A stretch of 64,000 bases of DNA from an uncultured Pseudomonadota bacterium (GTDB taxonomy: Bacteria > Oederibacteriota > Muellerivitia > Muellerivitales > Muellerivitaceae): positions 224,001 to 288,000 of the forward strand of contig CAWIIP010000005.1 in assembly GCA_963836235.1 (NCBI GenBank), written 5' to 3'. This document shows positions 38,873 to 48,304 of the stretch, one piece after another; positions within the stretch are counted from its first letter, which is position 1, and each line of letters starts with the position of its first letter. The notes beneath the pieces were generated by a model, which did no database searches, was not told the DNA's origin, and saw only the letters and a program-made list of their open reading frames with translations. Both the position numbers and the translations under genes were made by a program.

Positions 38873-39440
38873 ATGAAAAAGCAATTGGGATGGAGTTCAA
38901 GAATCCTGCTGATGGGGGGGCTTTCGCTTTTGTTGGTTTCCTGCGGAGGTAAAAAAGCCGCCCCCACGACGCCTTCCGCCCCCGGGCCCAGCGGGCCGGC
39001 GGTGCTTTACATTTACGGAAGCAACACCACGGCGGCGGGGAATTACCAGAGCCTGCTCAATGGCAACGGCTATAACGTCACCACCATGGCGCTCCCCAAC
39101 GCCATCAACGCCACTCTCGCCAATTACAGCCTCATTATTTTCAGCGACGATTCGCAGGCCGTCACGGCCATGGCCTATGACACGCTGGTCACCAATATCT
39201 TCAACTCGGGCAAGCCCGTGATAGGCATCGGGGCCGGGGGAGGTTACTATTTCCAGCAGGTGGGCGTCACCTCGATCGGGTTCAGCAACTTGTATTCTTT
39301 TCCCTCGATCTCGGTGACCGCCGCGAATGAAACTTCCAGTTTTTGGTACAGTCCCAACGCGATTACCCCCACCGGAACCCTGACCCTCTATTCCAGTTCG
39401 GTGAGCTGTCTGGCGCCCTATTTCGCCTCCACGCCCAAAA
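38873..39440 (+). pseudogene. Truncated paralog of 37560-38774
   Basis: Homologous (VLY.Y.SNTTAA.NYQ.LLN.NGYN; TNIFNS.KPVIGIG) until the transposon IR at 39441. Confidence 0.75.
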
Positions 39441-40461
39441 AAAGGGGTCAGGCCTCTAGATTATACTTCAGGAGCTTCTTCGCGAATTCCTTGTCCTCCG
39501 CCAATCGCTTCTTGGCCTTTACCCAGTGATGCCCAACTGCGCCCAAACTTACTCCCATTCTTTTTGCTATCTCCTTCAGGCTCAACCCCGCTTCTTTCTT
39601 TAACAGGTATATCGCCACTTCTTTGGGCTCTCGTCTTCGGGCCCTCGCCACCAGCACTTCTTCCGGTTTTATTCCATGGTTTTTTGCCACCCATTCGATG
39701 ACCTTTTCCGGGTCCTGTTTAATCACGTGTTTTTGGTACTTGGGCACATCCAGGTGCCGGTGCTTTTTCCCAACCTCGTGCACATGGCCTAAAAACTCGT
39801 CACTTCCCAGGTAAATTCTTGAGGCTAGCTGTTCCCAGGGGGATTCCTTTTTCCCCATTCCATCTTCTACAAACCGCTTATAAGCCTCATGCGCTCTTTT
39901 CCGTTCTTTTCCAAATTGTCCCAAGATCCAGTCCACCTCCAACCACGGTTCCGGTTTTTCCAATCCTGCCGTGGCCCGGTAACTGCTCCACTTCCAGTCC
40001 TTGGGATGTTTCACCATCCGGGCCCTCACCGGGTTCAAAACCACATATCGACTTAATTCCTTTAAATAAGTCTCTTTTTCCACCACTAAGGCCTTATACC
40101 GGCCCTGGTAGAGATGGCCGACCCGGTGGTGTTTCTTGTTAAATCGTTGGGTATAAATGCCATTGAAGTGTTTCATGGCGACGGACAGGTTAGCCGCCGG
40201 TGTTTCCAAGAGGAGATGGTAGTGGTTGTCCATCAGCACCCAGGCATGGCACACCACCTGGTTTTCCTCGATCATTTCGCCCAAAAGGCGCACAAACATC
40301 CACCTGTCGGAGTCATCCGTTACGATTTTCCTCCGCTCGTTACCCCGGGAGGTCACATGGTAAACCGCGCCTTCATAATGGATTCGTTTGGGTCGGGGCA
40401 TGGGCATATCTTACCGGCGGCGTTGTTCTCGTAAACTATATTCTAGAGGCCTGACCCCTTT
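39441..40461 (-). mobile_element. Y1-transposase element with perfect 20-bp terminal inverted repeats
   Basis: AAAGGGGTCAGGCCTCTAGA (39441-39460) / TCTAGAGGCCTGACCCCTTT (40442-40461). Confidence 0.85.
39448..40407 (-). CDS. RAYT/IS200-like HUH (Y1) transposase with C-terminal HTH
   Basis: YHVTSRGN, LMDNHYHLL (HUH), GHLYQGRYK, YVVLNPVRA, WSSY. Confidence 0.9.
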   Translation of the reverse strand: MPMPRPKRIHYEGAVYHVTSRGNERRKIVTDDSDRWMFVRLLGEMIEENQVVCHAWVLMDNHYHLLLETPAANLSVAMKHFNGIYTQRFNKKHHRVGHLYQGRYKALVVEKETYLKELSRYVVLNPVRARMVKHPKDWKWSSYRATAGLEKPEPWLEVDWILGQFGKERKRAHEAYKRFVEDGMGKKESPWEQLASRIYLGSDEFLGHVHEVGKKHRHLDVPKYQKHVIKQDPEKVIEWVAKNHGIKPEEVLVARARRREPKEVAIYLLKKEAGLSLKEIAKRMGVSLGAVGHHWVKAKKRLAEDKEFAKKLLKYNLEA

Positions 40462-40463
40462 GT

Positions 40464-41918
40464 TCACGAACCGTCTGCCAAAAGGAAACTGATAGTTGGA
40501 TTCACCCTTGAATTCATCGATTCACTGAATCCAATAACTAACGAAATACTGCCTCCTTGACTGTTATCAATGGAATTGTTAATGGAATTATTTAAATTCC
40601 CAAGAGTAGTATTACCTGGCGATGGAGTGGGCCAAGATGCCCCATAAAAAGCAGTTGTATCTTGGGACAATGTAACCGATTGAACATAAGGAAGCTGTTT
40701 TTGGAAGGTATTTTGTAAAAGACCCCAAAGTTCTGTTTGGGGCGCATCGTAACCTAATGCCCAAATCCCAATGCCAGCTAAATTATTGGAATTGGCATAG
40801 TTATATTTCAGTCCTAATGATTGAACATTGTCATACCAAGTTTGGTAATAATTTTTATTGTTTAGGGAGTCTAGAAAAGAAAAGTAAAACCACGGGGATT
40901 CCGCACCATTTCCGGTATCCGGTGTCGGTTCCCATGTTTTCGTAATTTGAACTTGGAATGTAACTCCATAACTATCAACAAACGGTCCGCCACCAAGCGA
41001 AACCCAACTTGCAATATTTCCAATTCCGGGAGCAGACACATTCCCATAAAACCACGTGTTATAAGTATACCCAGCTAAGATACTGGCACCCTCAGAGGTG
41101 CTATTGGTCGGCCAGCCATATCCATAATAAGGGCAAGCAAGTACTAAAAATCCGCTTGGGACTTGGTTAACAAGCAAGTTTTGAATGGTATTATCTACGG
41201 ACAAACCATTATCAATTTCAGTTTGACCTTGACTATTGGGCCAAGTCGAAGAATAAAGAGGTGCATTAGGGCCTGGTGGAGTACTGACCGGCCCAGAATA
41301 ATCGTAGGCACCTACCACCCATCCGTCAGTTGCTTGAGCAATATCAGCCACATCATAACCTTTGGCCATAGTGCTATTCCCATAAAGAGATGGGTCTTGG
41401 GGTAAATAGGCGGTAACTTGGTAACCCAAAGAATAAGGTGGATTACTTTTATAAACTTGATTTGCTAAATTGCTCATAAAAGTAACAAAAGCAGATTGAT
41501 AGCTTGGTTTTACATATTCAAAATCTATACAAACACCTTGATATGTATTTCCCATATCACTGATGATTTCACCAATAGTATTTTGAAAATTAGAACTGTT
41601 GCTCAAAAACGCAGTAACTGCAGAAGTATTTAAACACGCTATCCCTAAAATTGGCACAACACCATCAGCCTTTGCTTGTGTAAAAGCTAGAGAGTATTGG
41701 CCGTTTTCATAAAGTTCCCCCGAGCCATCCATAGTAACCGCCATATTTGCTACGTGAGTTAATTTCGGCCATTGAATACTTGAAAAATTAGACCCGTTAT
41801 AAAAACCGTAAACAATGCGATTGACACCAGAACTCAAATTCTGGGCCATTGAAAAATTTGGGAGAAAAAATAAAACCCAAATAATAAATTTTAAAAATCT
41901 AGATATAGTTAGATTCAT
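40464..41918 (-). CDS. GH18 glycoside hydrolase, probably the truncated N-terminus of a second giant protein
   Basis: Signal peptide; GVCIDFEY, AYDYSG, PYYGY, WYDN..SL..KY, GIWALGYD; the tail matches a giant-protein module and ends at the transposon IR. Confidence 0.8.
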   Translation of the reverse strand: MNLTISRFLKFIIWVLFFLPNFSMAQNLSSGVNRIVYGFYNGSNFSSIQWPKLTHVANMAVTMDGSGELYENGQYSLAFTQAKADGVVPILGIACLNTSAVTAFLSNSSNFQNTIGEIISDMGNTYQGVCIDFEYVKPSYQSAFVTFMSNLANQVYKSNPPYSLGYQVTAYLPQDPSLYGNSTMAKGYDVADIAQATDGWVVGAYDYSGPVSTPPGPNAPLYSSTWPNSQGQTEIDNGLSVDNTIQNLLVNQVPSGFLVLACPYYGYGWPTNSTSEGASILAGYTYNTWFYGNVSAPGIGNIASWVSLGGGPFVDSYGVTFQVQITKTWEPTPDTGNGAESPWFYFSFLDSLNNKNYYQTWYDNVQSLGLKYNYANSNNLAGIGIWALGYDAPQTELWGLLQNTFQKQLPYVQSVTLSQDTTAFYGASWPTPSPGNTTLGNLNNSINNSIDNSQGGSISLVIGFSESMNSRVNPTISFLLADGS

Positions 41919-42088
41919 TTCCTCTTTAGCAAACTAATGATTCAAATTTTGTATTTTGAACGTTTTTAATAATAATTTTTTATCTGCTTTTTAATGTTAC
42001 TTCCGAGATCGCTTTCTCGCTTTCGCTGCCCTTTCCAATGGAAGTAATGCCAAAATAGTAAGTCTTTCCATTTTTCAATAATCCGATG

Positions 42089-43140
42089 CCCCAGTTCAAT
42101 AGCGAAGTGCAACACTTAGCCCCGGCAGAATCCGGGGGTTATCCTAAGTTTTATGAAACAATCCTACAAGCACCTGTCGTTTGCCGAACGTGAAGAAATC
42201 GCAGTTTGGAAGGCAGAAGGCCTCTCCATACGAGAAATCGCCCGACGCCTCGAACGTGATGTGTCCAGTGTTTCCCGAGAGTTGAAGCGTAACGCACCAC
42301 CTTTACGTCCTGGCCGTTATCTACCAGCTCGGGCTCACCTGCGATCTACCCAGCGTAACCAACTCTCTCGGACCCATCTGCGTCTCAAAAAACCAGGGAT
42401 CCGACAACATGTTTTGCGTAAGCTTCATCAGGGGTTTTCTCCCGAACAAATTGCTGGTCAGCTTCGCCTTGAGAACTCCAAACTATTCATTTCCCACGAG
42501 GCCGTCTACCAGTTCATTTATTCCGAAGCCCGAAACCTCATCCCTCTCTTGGCTCGTTCCCATCGAAAGCGGCTTCGCCGATGGCATTCGCACAAACATC
42601 GAAAAAGCCATATTCCAGAACGAACTCCGATCACTCAACGACCCGCCATCGTGCAGACGCGGCGTCAATTTGGTCACTGGGAAGCGGACACCATCATCTC
42701 CAGAAAAAGTAAAGCCTCCCTTTTGGTGATGGTCGAACGAAAAAGCCGCCTCGTGAAACTCGCCTGGTTGCCTCAAAAGTCCGCTTCGAAAACACGAGCA
42801 GCTATCAATCGACGGCTCACCCTCTTTCCGAAGGGGTTACACCGGACCATTACTTACGACAACGGCTCTGAAAACATCGAGCATCTTCAAGTTAACAATC
42901 TCTTAGGAACCCGTTCCTTTTTCTGTCTTCCTTTCCACAGTTGGGAAAAGGGAACCGTCGAAAACACTAATGGTTTGGTGCGGCGCTTCTATCCAAAGAA
43001 AACCGATTTTGCTACCATAACTCCAGCGAACGTGCGACGTGTGGAGCGGGCTCTCAACAGCCGTCCACGCAAGTGCCTTCGCTTCAAAACGCCGGAGCAG
43101 GTCTTTCGTCTAGGTGTTGCACTTACTGGTTGAATTCAGC
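42089..43140 (+). mobile_element. IS30 family insertion sequence
   Basis: Imperfect IRs containing TTCAA...AAGTGCAACAC; ATG duplicated at 42086-42088 and 43141-43143. Confidence 0.88.
42153..43133 (+). CDS. IS30 family transposase
   Basis: SVSRELKRN, SPEQIAG, GHWEADT, TYDNGSE, WEKGTVENTNGLVR. Confidence 0.95.
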   Translation: MKQSYKHLSFAEREEIAVWKAEGLSIREIARRLERDVSSVSRELKRNAPPLRPGRYLPARAHLRSTQRNQLSRTHLRLKKPGIRQHVLRKLHQGFSPEQIAGQLRLENSKLFISHEAVYQFIYSEARNLIPLLARSHRKRLRRWHSHKHRKSHIPERTPITQRPAIVQTRRQFGHWEADTIISRKSKASLLVMVERKSRLVKLAWLPQKSASKTRAAINRRLTLFPKGLHRTITYDNGSENIEHLQVNNLLGTRSFFCLPFHSWEKGTVENTNGLVRRFYPKKTDFATITPANVRRVERALNSRPRKCLRFKTPEQVFRLGVALTG

Positions 43141-43996
43141 ATGGTTACTTTGTTTTTTCGATTTGTACTAAAAACTCTTTGTTTAAATTTTTTGCCATCT
43201 TCGGAAATATAAACGGAATAATCGATAGCTCTTGGCATTGCGTCCCAAGTCAAATAAGCCATTCCATTACCGGCTACTACTTTTAAATCGGTTGGGGAAT
43301 CTGTCTTTGGTTCTGATGGTCTTTTTCTACGACGACTTGGATAACTCCCCCCGCTAAAACTGGCTTTAATTGAATCGACATGTTCGCCTCGGGGCTCCTC
43401 ATCTTTTTCCACCGTTGCCATTGGCATTAAATTTTCCGTATTAACTCTAATTGCACTAACCGGCTTTGGTTTAAGTTCTCCATGTGTCGGGGTCGAGTCA
43501 TCGGCATAGCCCTCCTTACATAACAATCCAAAAATTATTGATACACACACCCACAAAAAGATCCGAGGAACAAAATGGCCAAGCTCACCTTTTAGAACGA
43601 AGGGGTCAGGCCACCACTTTCTACTTTTCAATTCATCGACCCAAAATCGGCGTTTGTTTTCTTTCCCCATATCTGGACTCCCTTCCCATGTGGCGTGCTG
43701 GTTGAACATTTTTATAAATCGACATTATTGAAAATTACGAATTAGGCCTTATATCTTGGACCCCGCAAAATATATTTAAGTGTAGGAGTGAGTTGGAAAA
43801 TAATTGCTTTATTTGTGACCGGTCGCGACAACTATACCAAAAACCCCAATTACGACAACGTTAAATACTAAATTCACGAAAGCCTTGTTCCGGACACAAA
43901 ATTCGCACTATTTCTGACCACTCTTGAAAATATTTGTTCTTTTTAAAAGAAATGGTACTCTATCCGCAGAATTGAGAACTTCAGGGAGGATATGAA

Positions 43997-44356
43997 ATGA
44001 AACGTTTGGTCATATTGATGGCGGTTGGATTAAGTTTTGGATTGGCTAGTTATTCCCATGCGGCGGCGACAACTTCAACCCCAGTCCCCTACAAAAGCCT
44101 CAATCCCCAAGCTCATCAAATTAATCTGCGGCTAAAAAACCAGTGGATGCTGGTTCAACAAGGACTTAAGTCTGGGAAATTCACCAAGGCGCAGGGCGCT
44201 TCTTATCGGGCCAGCCTGAAAGCCGTCCGCGAGCAGGAAGTCGGCTTCTTCAAGCTGAACAAAAGCCACCAACTAACCACCGATCAGGTGAGCCAGCTGA
44301 ACACTTCGTTGAATCAAAACTCCTCCACCCTCGGTGAAACTCCCACCAACAACTAA
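43997..44356 (+). CDS. Small secreted protein, paralog of 26878-27228
   Basis: Signal peptide SHA-A; strong similarity to 26878 protein. Confidence 0.8.
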   Translation: MKRLVILMAVGLSFGLASYSHAAATTSTPVPYKSLNPQAHQINLRLKNQWMLVQQGLKSGKFTKAQGASYRASLKAVREQEVGFFKLNKSHQLTTDQVSQLNTSLNQNSSTLGETPTNN

Positions 44357-44370
44357 ATCTTTTAAAAACA

Positions 44371-44399
44371 AAAAGGTGCCCCAATTGGAGCACCCTTTT
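44371..44399 (+). terminator. Probable intrinsic terminator
   Basis: AAAAGGTGCCCC-AATT-GGAGCACCCTTTT. Confidence 0.55.
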
Positions 44400-44730
44400 G
44401 TTTAAATTCATTTCCCAATTTTATTTAAAACCTCCCCAAATATTTGATCCAAATTTAAAATAACACGCAAGCCACAAATCAAAGCCAGGTTAATTTTCCC
44501 TCAAACCATTTTGGAACTTATATAAGCGCTCGAATTGAGCTTGGTTACAATAGCCGTTTCTCATGGCGTAAAGCATCGCATCAAAAAAATCTTCAACCCT
44601 GATATAAAAGTTTTCATTGTCCACTCCTATAACCGTTAAAAATATTGAATCATTTTAATAAATCTGATATATCTAATAGCGCAACTATTTAACACCTCAT
44701 GACGTCCAAAAGAAAGGTTGGGTTAAATTT

Positions 44731-44931
44731 ATGCAGATAAAGAAAAAACGCGGCCCTCAACCCATGGGAGGAATTCGGATCATCCTCCGCCTCTTGCCGG
44801 ATTTAATTACGGCACTTGACGCGGAACAGAAGCGGTCAGGACGTACCCGGACCGACTTGATCCAGCGGGCCATTGAGGCCCAATACATGGGCAAGCGCCG
44901 CAAAACAGATTGGGAACCCCCTAAGAGATAG
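44731..44931 (+). CDS. RHH/CopG-like DNA-binding protein
   Basis: IILRLLPDLITALDAE..RSGRTRTDLIQRAIE. Confidence 0.65.
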   Translation: MQIKKKRGPQPMGGIRIILRLLPDLITALDAEQKRSGRTRTDLIQRAIEAQYMGKRRKTDWEPPKR

Positions 44932-44991
44932 TTCGTCTCCCGAAGCCTCAAAGCCAAGGAGATAGCGGGCTTACGGGGCGGGAGAGCGGAC

Positions 44992-46788
44992 ATGACAAAG
45001 GAAGACTGGGAGCGTTTCAACCAGGTTGTTCTGTTGCCGTTGACCCTTCCTTTTATTTTTATCGGCCTCAATTTCTGCTGGCCCTTTTTCGGCCTGGGGA
45101 ATATGGACGGGACCTTCCCGGACCCGGACGTGGTGAATCGCCACCTACTGGGACCGTTCATCCTGATATTCGCCGTCCCCTATGTTCTCGTCTTCCTGTA
45201 CCGGGAGAGCGAGAACATCCTTATTCCCACCAAGCTGGCGGTCTGCCCGACCATGGCGGTCGCCGTCTTGGACCTCCTCTTTTCGACCTATAGCAAGTTT
45301 TACCTCGTTTCAGTCGCGCTCGTGACCTCGCTTGGCTTGTTTGAACTTTTCTGGAAGCCAGTCAAGAAGAAGAAAGAGGAATTAGGACCCTATCCCTTAG
45401 TTCTAGATTCCAAGGGGCAAAACATCCTTTCGACGTCCTCCCTGCACGAGAACGTTCAAATAGTGGGTGGAACAGGCACCGGCAAGACCCATTACGTCAT
45501 CAAACCCTTCATTGAACAAACCATCCGGCAGGATTTGGGTTGCTTCATCCTGGACGTCAAAAGCAACATGTTCCCGGACGTGGCTTATTTCGCTTGGATG
45601 GCCAAAGGCCGCTTCATCCGCCATTTCACCCTGGCCGACATCCTGGGTTCCCTTCGCTACAATCCACTCTATGGGGATAATCCCGACGCCATCGCCAACC
45701 GGGTTTTCGTGGCTCTTTACTTCGACGTCAGGTCCACCGAGCCCTATTACCGGGAATTAGCCGAAACCTATCTCCACAACCTCATTGGGTTACTCAAGAA
45801 AGAGATAAAGACCCTCACGTTCCAGGACCTTCTCACCTGTACCCAGGAAGGGGATACCTTCAGGACAATCGCCTGGTTTTGCTCCAAATACCCCGATACC
45901 CATTACGCGCGGTACTTCCAGGAGCAATGGCTTGGTAAATCTCCCAAGGACCGGCGTAATGATCTTTCAGGACTATTGAACAAACTCCAAAGGTTCTGCA
46001 ACAGCGAGTGGTCCCATCTGCTCAATGTCCGTGAACCCGATATCAAGATGGAAGACGTGGTAAAGCTTGGTCAGGTCTTCCTGTTCTCCCCCGACGCCGC
46101 CCGTTACCCGCAGGACGCCAAACCCCTCTGCATCCTCGCCATGATGGACTTGGCCGAGCAATTGGCTGATCGATACCGAACCACCCCACAGAAGCCTTTC
46201 CGGGTCTTCCTGGACGAGTTCTACAACCTGGCTTACCCGAAGTTCATCGACTTCATCAACAAGTGCCGGGAAGCCCAGGTGAACCTCTTCTTGGCCCACC
46301 AGTCCTTGGGGGACTTGAGGGGCGTTTCGGAGGATTTCCTGGAACAGGTCTTGAACACCGCCAGCAACAAGATCATCTTGCGGGTCAACGACCCGGACAC
46401 AGCGGAGTCTTTCTCCCGGCAGTTCGGGACCGAACTGGACCGGGAAGCCAGGGTGACTTCCTACAAGGCGGACCATACCCTGGCCGGGTACAGCGTTCCC
46501 ATCACCGAAAAGTTCCGGTTCCATCCGAATCGGATCAAGGATCTCAAGGTAGGCCAAGCCATCGTCAAGGCCATGGGGGAATCGGGAGTCCGCATCTTCC
46601 AGACCGACTTGCGGCGGGCCGACAAGCCCTGGGCAGGCTTCAACCCGAAAAATGCCTTGGCCTATAGGACCCCCCACGAGGGAAAGAACGAAAGCTCTAT
46701 CCCCCAATTGATCCAGGAAGTGGCCGTACCTGTTGGGCAGGGTTCCAGGAGGACCATTGCGTCCTTGGGGGAGGAAGAAAATGACTGA
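44992..46788 (+). CDS. Type IV coupling protein (VirD4/TraD-TraG family)
   Basis: N-terminal TMs; GGTGTGKT, ILDVK, YNPL, FLDEF, AHQSLGDL, NTASNKIILRV.D. Confidence 0.88.
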   Translation: MTKEDWERFNQVVLLPLTLPFIFIGLNFCWPFFGLGNMDGTFPDPDVVNRHLLGPFILIFAVPYVLVFLYRESENILIPTKLAVCPTMAVAVLDLLFSTYSKFYLVSVALVTSLGLFELFWKPVKKKKEELGPYPLVLDSKGQNILSTSSLHENVQIVGGTGTGKTHYVIKPFIEQTIRQDLGCFILDVKSNMFPDVAYFAWMAKGRFIRHFTLADILGSLRYNPLYGDNPDAIANRVFVALYFDVRSTEPYYRELAETYLHNLIGLLKKEIKTLTFQDLLTCTQEGDTFRTIAWFCSKYPDTHYARYFQEQWLGKSPKDRRNDLSGLLNKLQRFCNSEWSHLLNVREPDIKMEDVVKLGQVFLFSPDAARYPQDAKPLCILAMMDLAEQLADRYRTTPQKPFRVFLDEFYNLAYPKFIDFINKCREAQVNLFLAHQSLGDLRGVSEDFLEQVLNTASNKIILRVNDPDTAESFSRQFGTELDREARVTSYKADHTLAGYSVPITEKFRFHPNRIKDLKVGQAIVKAMGESGVRIFQTDLRRADKPWAGFNPKNALAYRTPHEGKNESSIPQLIQEVAVPVGQGSRRTIASLGEEEND

Positions 46789-47644
46789 ACCCCTCTCCCC
46801 CATTACGGCCCTGGAACCCAAGGACGTCGAAACCTTGGCCTATATCCATTCCAACAAGTTCATCACGACTAAGCTATTCCACAAGAAGTTCCACCACCAC
46901 CATTCCTATTGGACGGCCTGCCTGCACCTGAAACGGCTCATGGAGAAGGGCCTACTCTTGAAGACAAGGAACCTCCCTAACGAGGACGCTTTCTACTGCC
47001 TGACCCGCCCGGCCATGCGCCATTTGTCCGAGCTGGCCCGAATTCTCATTTCCCCGGAAGTGCGCTCCCCCCATATCAATCCATTCGAGCGGGAGCACGA
47101 CAAAAGGGTTCTTGCCATGCGTATCCAGATCGAGGAAGCGGGCGGCTTGGACGGGTTGACCTGGCTTTCGGATTACGAAATGCGTTGCGGGTTGAGACTC
47201 GATTGGAAAAAGGCCCTGGCCGAGGGCCGGGGTTGGGCCCTCGCCGGGGCGAAACTGCACCGGGTTCACCACCGTACCCCGGACGGATACTTTGAGGGCT
47301 CCCTCGCGGGCAAGGGTGTTGCCTTTGCCTTGGAGTATGAGCATACGTCCTACAACCGGGAGAAGATGACCGCCATGGTCTTGAACCTGACCAGGGACTT
47401 CCCCGGTGCCTTCCGGCTGGTGGTCAGCCGGGACAAGGACCATGCGGTCAGGATGATTGAGGGGCTGGAAACCTACCTCAAAGGCGACCCCCGTAACCGG
47501 GACCTATGGGGCTTTTCCTTCTTTGAGAAGGTGGTCCGGCTTCCCTTCATTCGGGTGCCTTGGGTCAACCTGCACGGCGAATACCTGCCCTTCGTGAAGG
47601 ACCCCATCCTAAAAGCCTCCCAATCGGCGGAGGTGACGGCATGA
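46781..47644 (+). CDS. Replication-relaxation (Replic_Relax)-like protein
   Basis: N-terminal wHTH (LKRLMEKGLL...YCLT), EHD, PDG and ALEYEHT motifs; overlaps T4CP stop. Confidence 0.65.
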   Translation: MTEPLSPITALEPKDVETLAYIHSNKFITTKLFHKKFHHHHSYWTACLHLKRLMEKGLLLKTRNLPNEDAFYCLTRPAMRHLSELARILISPEVRSPHINPFEREHDKRVLAMRIQIEEAGGLDGLTWLSDYEMRCGLRLDWKKALAEGRGWALAGAKLHRVHHRTPDGYFEGSLAGKGVAFALEYEHTSYNREKMTAMVLNLTRDFPGAFRLVVSRDKDHAVRMIEGLETYLKGDPRNRDLWGFSFFEKVVRLPFIRVPWVNLHGEYLPFVKDPILKASQSAEVTA

Positions 47645-48049
47645 ACCACACCCCTAAACACCTGAAGCGGAGGTTGAAACAGAGTCAAGCCAAAATCCAC
47701 GGAAACGCCCACGAAAGAGGGCGATTCGGCTCTCTTGCGACGCCAGCCCCCACTCTCCCAGCATCATTACATGAGTGCTGGAATTCGATAGTGGGGGCTG
47801 GCCTCTCATCCATCCGAATCCTTATAAGCGCGGGCGTAGAGGACAAAGACAAGAATCAACAGATAAAGAATACAGATACAGCGAAAGTCAAAAGCAATGT
47901 CAACAGCAACACAAACACCGTGGAAACCCCCCCGAATAACCTGTTGGTAATGAAACAGGTTTGGGAAGCGGGGTTTTCCACACCTTTCCCCGAAGGTAGG
48001 ACCCTATCGGGTCCTTTATTTTTCAATCTTTATGCAGAGGAGGTAATCC

Positions 48050-48304
48050 ATGCAAGATCGTAGGAAGAACGTAGAACGGCGGAATTATTTAATGTCGGAC
48101 AAGGATATCGCTGAATGGGCCGGGGTTTCTCCTAATACGGTCCGCTATTGGCGGCAAACAGGTGTCTTGCCTTTCGAGAAGGTCGGCAAGTACCCCAGGG
48201 TTTGGTATTCCGTGCTCCTTCAAGTTTTTCAAAAAGCCAGTCCACATTTGGCGAACGGTGCTGATAAAATGCCAAGTGCTGGGGACATTAGGAGGGACGC
48301 ATGA
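48050..48304 (+). CDS. Excisionase-like HTH protein
   Basis: LMSDKDIAEWAGVSPNTVRYWRQTG.LP..KVG; overlaps integrase start. Confidence 0.75.
   Translation: MQDRRKNVERRNYLMSDKDIAEWAGVSPNTVRYWRQTGVLPFEKVGKYPRVWYSVLLQVFQKASPHLANGADKMPSAGDIRRDA

Larger units (their letters stand above)
41980..43670 (-). pseudogene. Fibronectin type III domain protein interrupted by IS30
   Basis: Removing the IS and one ATG TSD copy restores a 636-nt frame: PTDLKVVAGNG...KVT-IGLLKNGKTYYFGITSIG..SESE. Confidence 0.8.

Noticed and set aside
44930-44990. c-di-GMP-I riboswitch before the T4CP gene
   Set aside because: Only a TAGCGGGCTTAC-like fragment; the GGCAAA/GAAA/GACGCAAAG core is absent
47560-48063. 167-aa ORF between relaxase-like gene and xis
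   Set aside because: No recognisable motifs, overlaps both neighbours and coincides with strong hairpins; more likely non-coding
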